Shown: positions 58,248 to 64,000 of the stretch, one piece after another | Layout: each line of letters begins with the position of its first letter | How positions within the stretch are numbered: position 1 is the stretch's first letter | NCBI GenBank assembly: GCA_963664395.2 | Contig: OY761159.2 | Location: 1,728,001-1,792,000, forward strand | Direction of reading: 5' to 3' | Source: Candidatus Binatia bacterium | GTDB lineage: Bacteria; Desulfobacterota; Binatia; Bin18 | DNA length: 64,000 nt | Notes under the pieces: model-generated | Told to the model about the DNA's origin: nothing | Seen by the model: only the letters and a program-made list of their open reading frames with translations | Databases searched by the model: none | Translations under genes and position numbers: made by a program

Positions 58248-60401
58248 TCATTCAGGAGTCTCGGCGAACGCTTGTGCGAGCAAGCTGTCGTACACGGTGA
58301 GGGCTGTTTTCACGCGTTGCTGTAGAGCCTCTCTCTGGGCGTTCCAGTGGAGGCGGAGCCACTCGGGCGACAGACTGTCTTTCTCGTGTTGCGCAGCCCA
58401 ATCGATTTCCAGGGATGCAAGCGCTTCCAGGACAGCCTTGTAGCGCGCGACCAGCTCCGGGACTCCCTCTTTCTTCCAGCATCGCGTGTGACCGTCGACT
58501 GCAATATAGACGGGCGCGCTGTGGGCCACGCCCATCTCTGAGCCAAAGGCACGTACGGCCAGCCACAGGCTCGTTTGGGGTTGTAATTCGTGGATCAGCT
58601 CTACCGTCTCAGCGCCGGGCTTGGCTTTCACCGTCTTGATCACGTCGCCGTGCACGACGAGTTCCAGACGGTCGAGCGAGCCGAAGTCGGGATTCTGGCG
58701 CGCAACGGCCTTGAGCCTGATCGTCTGTCCAGGCTTGGCCTGGAGTTCTGCTCCCATGGACTGCCCGCCGACATCCAGTTCAAGCAGAGGACCGTTGGTG
58801 ACAAAGAGCCGGCCGGCTTTCATGCCGTCAAAGAACGCTTGGGGCGAGAACTCGCCTGCAAGCTGAACGTAGTAGCGCTCTGCGCCCGGCAAACTCAGAT
58901 AGGGCCAGTCCGAGCCGGCTGAGGGTGTGAGCCGAAACCCCAGATTGAGGAAATCGTACAACAGTCCCGTGCCCAGCTGTCCGAACTGCAAGACCTCCAC
59001 GAAATCGACCAGTCCGTCCACCAGGTCCAAGGCCAGGCCGGCGGGGGCGCCGGAGAGCTGGGCAAAGAAGTCCAGCCCCGTGTGCGCATACCCGAACAGC
59101 CCGCCGTCTTGCCGTATAGCTGCGGCTGTTTCGTCATACAGGAAATACTCTAAGGGATGATGGTACTGCTTACCGTTCAGGCCGATGGTATGGCCGAGCT
59201 GCATGGTGCGCGGAGATTCCTGGCCCGTCACCAGGGCATACTGATCGCGCAGATACTGCCCGCTGGGTCCAAAAGCGTATTGCGAGAAAAAATACCCACT
59301 CGGATTGCCCATCTGCAGCAGGTTTGCGACATGCACGTCCTGCGCCCGCATGAGGACTGAAATCCAGGCGTTGTCCTCGGCTGCGCGCTGCACATGGATA
59401 TGATCGTCCCCGGAATACCAGCCCTGGGCGGGCATATCTATCCAACGGGGGAGCGGCACCTCAAGCGCGGTGGGCTCGCCCGCAGTGATGGTGATCTGGC
59501 GTTGAAGAACGCGATACTCGGGCCCCTTGCCAATCACCAGATCATAGCTTCCGGCCTCAAGTTCGGCTTCGTACCTGCCGTCAATGAAAAAGACATACCG
59601 CCCGTCGTACGGCCATTTTTCGACACCGGGAATCAACTCGCTCTGGGAAATTGTCTCGTCTTCCCAGCGCGTAAACGCCAGGGCCGATTGACTTGGCAAC
59701 GGCAGACGACCGTGCGCATCGTACAGACCGATGCGGGCCGGGGTCAGCGCGCTTGTTGCCCCGTCACGCACCTCGAGCCGCAGCGTCCCTTTCGGGCCGG
59801 TATGCAGAGCGGGTTTCCCCTCCCGTTTGAGGCGCAGGTCACAGACTGTAATCTCTGGCGAATCCCCAGGTTGTGACTGGGTCAAGTCTATCCCTGGCGC
59901 AGCCAGCGCAAAGTCGGCTGCGGTTAATAATCTGTTGGCAAAGCGGGCATGCTCCAGGGTGAGCGTGACGCTCGCCCAACGTGGCGTATCCTGGGCAAAG
60001 CGGACGGTCTCGGCCTGGGGGCGACGGCCCGCCCGGTCGTGATAGTACACCAGGCCGGTGCTCGTTTCACGGTCCAGGACGAGCTCGACGGTCACGGTTT
60101 CATCAATATTGAACGCAAAGGCATCATCGACATCGAACATCAAGAGCGCGCCAACGACACACTGGCGGCCGTCACGTTGCTCGACTCTGGCGGCGGCGGT
60201 CGAGCGGAACGGTGCCGCCCCACTCGTGCGGGCGTCCATATCGATTGCGGTTACAGCGCTGATATGCTCCGTCCGCCAGGCGAGTTGCAATTTTCCGTTC
60301 GGATGGCGCTGATGGGCCGCTACCTGCGCGCCGCCTATGAGGAGCAGTCCTATCAGCATCGTTCCGCCAACGAAGAGTCCACCAGACCTATGACGATTCA
60401 T
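58248..60401 (-). CDS. Secreted CehA/McbA-family PHP-like metallohydrolase
   Basis: Signal peptide; GWYSGDDHIH, GQE, GH, YAH, SAGSD, G..FVTNGP, AHSAPVY. Confidence 0.85.
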   Translation of the reverse strand: MNRHRSGGLFVGGTMLIGLLLIGGAQVAAHQRHPNGKLQLAWRTEHISAVTAIDMDARTSGAAPFRSTAAARVEQRDGRQCVVGALLMFDVDDAFAFNIDETVTVELVLDRETSTGLVYYHDRAGRRPQAETVRFAQDTPRWASVTLTLEHARFANRLLTAADFALAAPGIDLTQSQPGDSPEITVCDLRLKREGKPALHTGPKGTLRLEVRDGATSALTPARIGLYDAHGRLPLPSQSALAFTRWEDETISQSELIPGVEKWPYDGRYVFFIDGRYEAELEAGSYDLVIGKGPEYRVLQRQITITAGEPTALEVPLPRWIDMPAQGWYSGDDHIHVQRAAEDNAWISVLMRAQDVHVANLLQMGNPSGYFFSQYAFGPSGQYLRDQYALVTGQESPRTMQLGHTIGLNGKQYHHPLEYFLYDETAAAIRQDGGLFGYAHTGLDFFAQLSGAPAGLALDLVDGLVDFVEVLQFGQLGTGLLYDFLNLGFRLTPSAGSDWPYLSLPGAERYYVQLAGEFSPQAFFDGMKAGRLFVTNGPLLELDVGGQSMGAELQAKPGQTIRLKAVARQNPDFGSLDRLELVVHGDVIKTVKAKPGAETVELIHELQPQTSLWLAVRAFGSEMGVAHSAPVYIAVDGHTRCWKKEGVPELVARYKAVLEALASLEIDWAAQHEKDSLSPEWLRLHWNAQREALQQRVKTALTVYDSLLAQAFAETPE

Positions 60402-60735
60402 CTCGCTGCCCTCCTTCTCCCTTCGCTGTATCATCTTACCCATATGGTCGACGGTCAATTACAGATTTTTCACGGTCAGTTTGTGAGTGATGACGCCGCC
60501 CGGGTTCAGCAACAAGGCGGCGCAGTTGTACAAAGAATCTGGGCGCAACTGCAAGCTGAGAATCTGATTTTATCACCGCTTCAGCCTCAGTTTCCACAGG
60601 GTCAAAAACTCGCAGGCGCCCTTCTCCTCTCGCCTGTCTGGTCCGTACTCCAGCTTGTATGACGTGGCACAGTGACGGGGGCTAGCCCAAGACCCAGGGG
60701 CCCTAGTAATGCTATCCCCGTCCAGCCTCACGAAC

Positions 60736-60763
60736 TTGACAGGGCCATAGTGAAGCCTAGAGT
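60736..60763 (+). promoter_or_regulatory. Candidate sigma70 promoter
   Basis: TTGACA-16 nt-TAGAGT upstream of the monooxygenase. Confidence 0.35.
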
Positions 60764-60873
60764 AGACGGCGGACGATTGGCCCTTTCTACCCTGGTGTGA
60801 GCGGAGAAGCGACGGGGCACTACACCCGAGCGGGAGGGGCGCAAACGCTTGAACAAAAAAAGTGGAGAAACCC

Positions 60874-62073
60874 ATGCGCGACAATGACCATACCGATATG
60901 ACAGCGGACGCCCTGCTTGAGCGCGCCCGTGAGATCGCCCGGATGGCGGCTGAGCAGGCCCAGGCCATCGAACAGCAGCGCCGCCTGCCCGATGGGCTTA
61001 TGCAGGCGCTGAAAGACTCCGGGTTGCTGCGCATCCTCCAGCCAGCCCACTGGGGAGGCTACGAGCGCGACCTGCGCACCTTCGTCCGGGTGGCGACCGA
61101 GATTGCCAAGGGCGATACCTCAACCGGCTGGGTGTATTGTATTCTCGGTATCCATTACTTCTGGATCAGCTATGTCGAGCCTGAACTGCAAGAGGAGATC
61201 TGGGGGAAGGATTCGAGCGTGATGATGGCCGACTCCTTCGCACCCACGGGGTCTGCCCAAGAGGTCTCGGGCGGATACCGGCTCAACGGCCAGTGGAGTT
61301 TTTTAAGTGGCTTGTGGTGTAGCGATTGGATCGCGGTCGGGGCTCGGGTGGCACCCCAGCCGGACGCGCCAGCCGAATGGACGATGATGTTTGTGCCCAA
61401 GCCGGATTATCGGCTCGACGACCGCTGGCACGTCGTGGGCCTGCAGGGCAGCGATAGTAATACGGTCATCGTGGAAAACGCCTTCGTGCCCCACCACCGG
61501 GTCTACTGGTTGGAGCGTGCAGAACGGACCGGGATTTCGCCTGGACAACACCTGCATCCGAACGCCTTGTATCAACTCCCCTTTATCCCCACCCTGGGCG
61601 TTGCGCTGCTGCCGACGGCCATCGGCTCGGCCCGCTCGGCCATTGCCCATTTTCAGGAGTGGACCCGGACCCGCGCCCCCGTCTACGGCCCAGGCGAGAC
61701 ACCGCTGCCCGGCACGGCCAGTGCCCATATCGCTCTGGCCGAAGCCGCCACCACGGTCGAGGCGCTGGAAGGGCTGATGATGCAGAACACGGACGAACTC
61801 GTGGCGGAGTATGGGCATGCCGGCCGGGTACCGACAGCGCAGGCGCGGGCTAAATATTATGCCTGGCGCAGCTACATCGTGCGGCAGTCCACCCGCGTGG
61901 TTGATCGGCTGTTTGAGCTGAGCGGCGGCCGTTCCCTGTATCTACACCACCCTGTCCAGCGAATTTGGCGTGACCTGCATGCCGTCAGCCAACATATCGC
62001 CCTCCACCATGAGTCAGGGATGGAGGCATACGGACGCACTTTGGTCGGGCTGCCGAGTGGATCACCGCTGTAG
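60874..62073 (+). CDS. Acyl-CoA dehydrogenase-fold flavin-dependent monooxygenase (HsaA-like)
   Basis: QPAHWGG, STGW, GYRLNGQWSFLSG, WHVVGLQGSDS, QRIWRDLHAVSQH. Confidence 0.9.
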   Translation: MRDNDHTDMTADALLERAREIARMAAEQAQAIEQQRRLPDGLMQALKDSGLLRILQPAHWGGYERDLRTFVRVATEIAKGDTSTGWVYCILGIHYFWISYVEPELQEEIWGKDSSVMMADSFAPTGSAQEVSGGYRLNGQWSFLSGLWCSDWIAVGARVAPQPDAPAEWTMMFVPKPDYRLDDRWHVVGLQGSDSNTVIVENAFVPHHRVYWLERAERTGISPGQHLHPNALYQLPFIPTLGVALLPTAIGSARSAIAHFQEWTRTRAPVYGPGETPLPGTASAHIALAEAATTVEALEGLMMQNTDELVAEYGHAGRVPTAQARAKYYAWRSYIVRQSTRVVDRLFELSGGRSLYLHHPVQRIWRDLHAVSQHIALHHESGMEAYGRTLVGLPSGSPL

Positions 62074-62097
62074 ACACAGTTATTTATGCAGCCGGCC

Positions 62098-63258
62098 TCA
62101 CCTGACCCCGAACACCTGTTCCACCGCATCACGGATTGGCGCAAACGCCTCGCTCGGGGTATGGGTCATCCGGTTGTGACAAATCACGACCGCGAGGCGC
62201 GCATCCGGGTCTGCCCAGCCAATCGAACCACCCGCGCCAGGATGGCACAGCGTGCGAGGATTCCCACCCACAAGACGGTACGGATACTCGGCGCTGACGT
62301 CACCGCCCAGCCAAAACCCTGCGGTCCCCACTCGCACCGGAAAGCCAAGAATGGTGTCTGGACGATCGGTATCAGGACGAGGGACACTAAAGAGACGCAT
62401 CCGCTCTTCCGACAACAGGCGGACGCCGTCGAGCGCCCCATCATTCGCCAGCAGCGCGAATAGCCGGACTGCGCTCCGCGCGTTCATGATCCCGTTTGCG
62501 CCCGGGATACACGAACGCCGCACATCAGGGCGCCCAAAAACCTCCTCGACTGTCGCCACCTGGGGTGGGATCGCAGCAAAAATCGGTAAGTCGGGTGGCA
62601 GCGGTCGCGGGGTAGAGTTCTTGAGCCTCGCCACTCGCGACGCCACCCGATCAGGAATGCCGAGCCACAGATCGGTAATCCCGAGCGGACCACAGATTTC
62701 TTCCTGCACGAAGGTGCCAAACGGCCGGTGGTGTGGATCGGTACGGCGCACACACTCGGCAATCACCCAGCCGAACGTGTAACACATATAGCCATTGTCG
62801 GTGCCAGACTCGAAGCGAGGCTTCATCCTTGCCAACTGGTCAACCATCCAGTCGTAGTCACTCATGAGCTCCGGCGTCACGCCATCTGGCATTTGCGGAA
62901 TACCCAGCCGGTGGCTGAGGGCGTCTCGTATCGTCGCGTGCTCTTTTCCTTGCGCCGCGAACTCAGGCCAGTAGCGGGCGATGGGCTGATCATATTCGAT
63001 CAACCCGCGCTCTGCCTGGATATGCAGTGCTGTTGCCGTGACCGCCTTGACCACGGAGAAGACCGGAAAGAGGGTGTCGCCATCCACTTTCCGCCCAGTG
63101 GTTTCATCCGCAATCCCACCCCAGGCATCCACAACGAGTTCGCCGTGGTGAGAGACTGCGACTTGCAGGCCAACCTCACCGTGTTCGCGGATCGCGGTTT
63201 CAATGGCCTGTTGAAACACTATATTTGCCTCTGGTCTTACTGGTGCTACTGTAGCCAT
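62098..63258 (-). CDS. Beta-lactamase-fold serine hydrolase (family VIII esterase-like)
   Basis: FSVVK (SxxK), YWPEF, LSHRLG, Y...TFGW, HPGAGGS..WADP. Confidence 0.9.
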   Translation of the reverse strand: MATVAPVRPEANIVFQQAIETAIREHGEVGLQVAVSHHGELVVDAWGGIADETTGRKVDGDTLFPVFSVVKAVTATALHIQAERGLIEYDQPIARYWPEFAAQGKEHATIRDALSHRLGIPQMPDGVTPELMSDYDWMVDQLARMKPRFESGTDNGYMCYTFGWVIAECVRRTDPHHRPFGTFVQEEICGPLGITDLWLGIPDRVASRVARLKNSTPRPLPPDLPIFAAIPPQVATVEEVFGRPDVRRSCIPGANGIMNARSAVRLFALLANDGALDGVRLLSEERMRLFSVPRPDTDRPDTILGFPVRVGTAGFWLGGDVSAEYPYRLVGGNPRTLCHPGAGGSIGWADPDARLAVVICHNRMTHTPSEAFAPIRDAVEQVFGVR

Positions 63259-63314
63259 ACACCCTTCTCTCCATCCCACCTCCCGAGGGAGGCGTCTCGT
63301 ATATATTAGGTGCC

Positions 63315-63788
63315 CTAATGGGTGGCGAGCTCTTGGAGTTCCTCCGGGGTGGGCGTGGTCTCAAACTGCGGCAGAGTCGGAGACAACTCGTCCCACGGCT
63401 GGGCACTCGCTGTCCAGATATCGGCCATCAGCTCCAGCCGGCCGGGGTCGTCCATGCTGGCCGCACCGATGCCTCGGATCTCCGGGATCAGATCAGCCCG
63501 GGCTGAGACGGGTGACCCGCACTCTGCACAGAACCCCCGGTGGGTCTTGTTCCCACTCGTACCCGTGCAGACATACTCCTTCGGGGCACCTTTGGTGAAC
63601 TGCACGGCCGACATGGAGAAAACCACATTAACGGCAGCGCCGCCCCCTGTGGAGCGTTGACAATCCCGACAGTGGCATTTCCACATAAAGAGCGGCTCCT
63701 CCGTACATGCATAACGTATCGCGCCACAGGCACAGCCACCCGTCAACGGAATAGAAACAGTTATAATAAAATACCCCTTCCTCGTCAC
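63315..63788 (-). CDS. GFA / CENP-V family protein
   Basis: GGCACGAIRY, CHCRDCQR, FCAECGS. Confidence 0.9.
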   Translation of the reverse strand: MTRKGYFIITVSIPLTGGCACGAIRYACTEEPLFMWKCHCRDCQRSTGGGAAVNVVFSMSAVQFTKGAPKEYVCTGTSGNKTHRGFCAECGSPVSARADLIPEIRGIGAASMDDPGRLELMADIWTASAQPWDELSPTLPQFETTPTPEELQELATH

Positions 63789-64000
63789 GGCCTTATCACT
63801 TCAGCAGGGACAACAAAAGGTCTGGTCAGTATAAGGTGAGACCGGCAAAGCCTTACGGAACCCTTCCCCGCAGAGCCGTATAAAGCGGTTTACAGTGCTC
63901 ATCTAATGACCACGGACCATGAATCGATCTCATGCAAGCTAAACAAAATATACCGGACGACATTCGCACTAAGTCAAACCTGACTTGACGCACAGGCCGC

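Overview
GC-rich bacterial window. The mix of Baeyer-Villiger monooxygenases, LLM oxidoreductases, amidohydrolases, TPR, FGE and cadherin/GLUG giant proteins suggests a sponge-symbiont-like lineage such as Binatia; this is inference only. Small-molecule oxidation and hydrolysis genes alternate with accessory patches. (1) A ~135-aa two-Cys domain that I cannot assign to a family occurs five times in three unrelated exported proteins: an FGE protein, a metzincin protease and a 4106-aa S8/S53 protease-adhesin. It is a candidate lineage-specific sorting or anchoring module. (2) A 7.7-kb integrase-less defence-like island (PRTase, truncated type I-G cas3, SLATT-like protein plus peptide, type IIG-like RM, Tle1-like lipase) is bounded by an exact 48-bp duplication of an amidohydrolase 3' end. 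(3) An AhpD/CMD gene has an in-frame TGA at CxxU followed by a SECIS-like hairpin, making it a probable selenoprotein. (4) Two MITEs share TIRs and have 8-bp TSDs but unrelated cores. (5) A pair of STAND-like ATPases has a palindromic operator upstream. (6) A stand-alone propeptide duplicate lies upstream of the giant protease. Several REP-like families, many truncated genes and single-base frameshifts are present. I saw no rRNA, tRNA or CRISPR array. All family calls come from motif recognition, not database searches.
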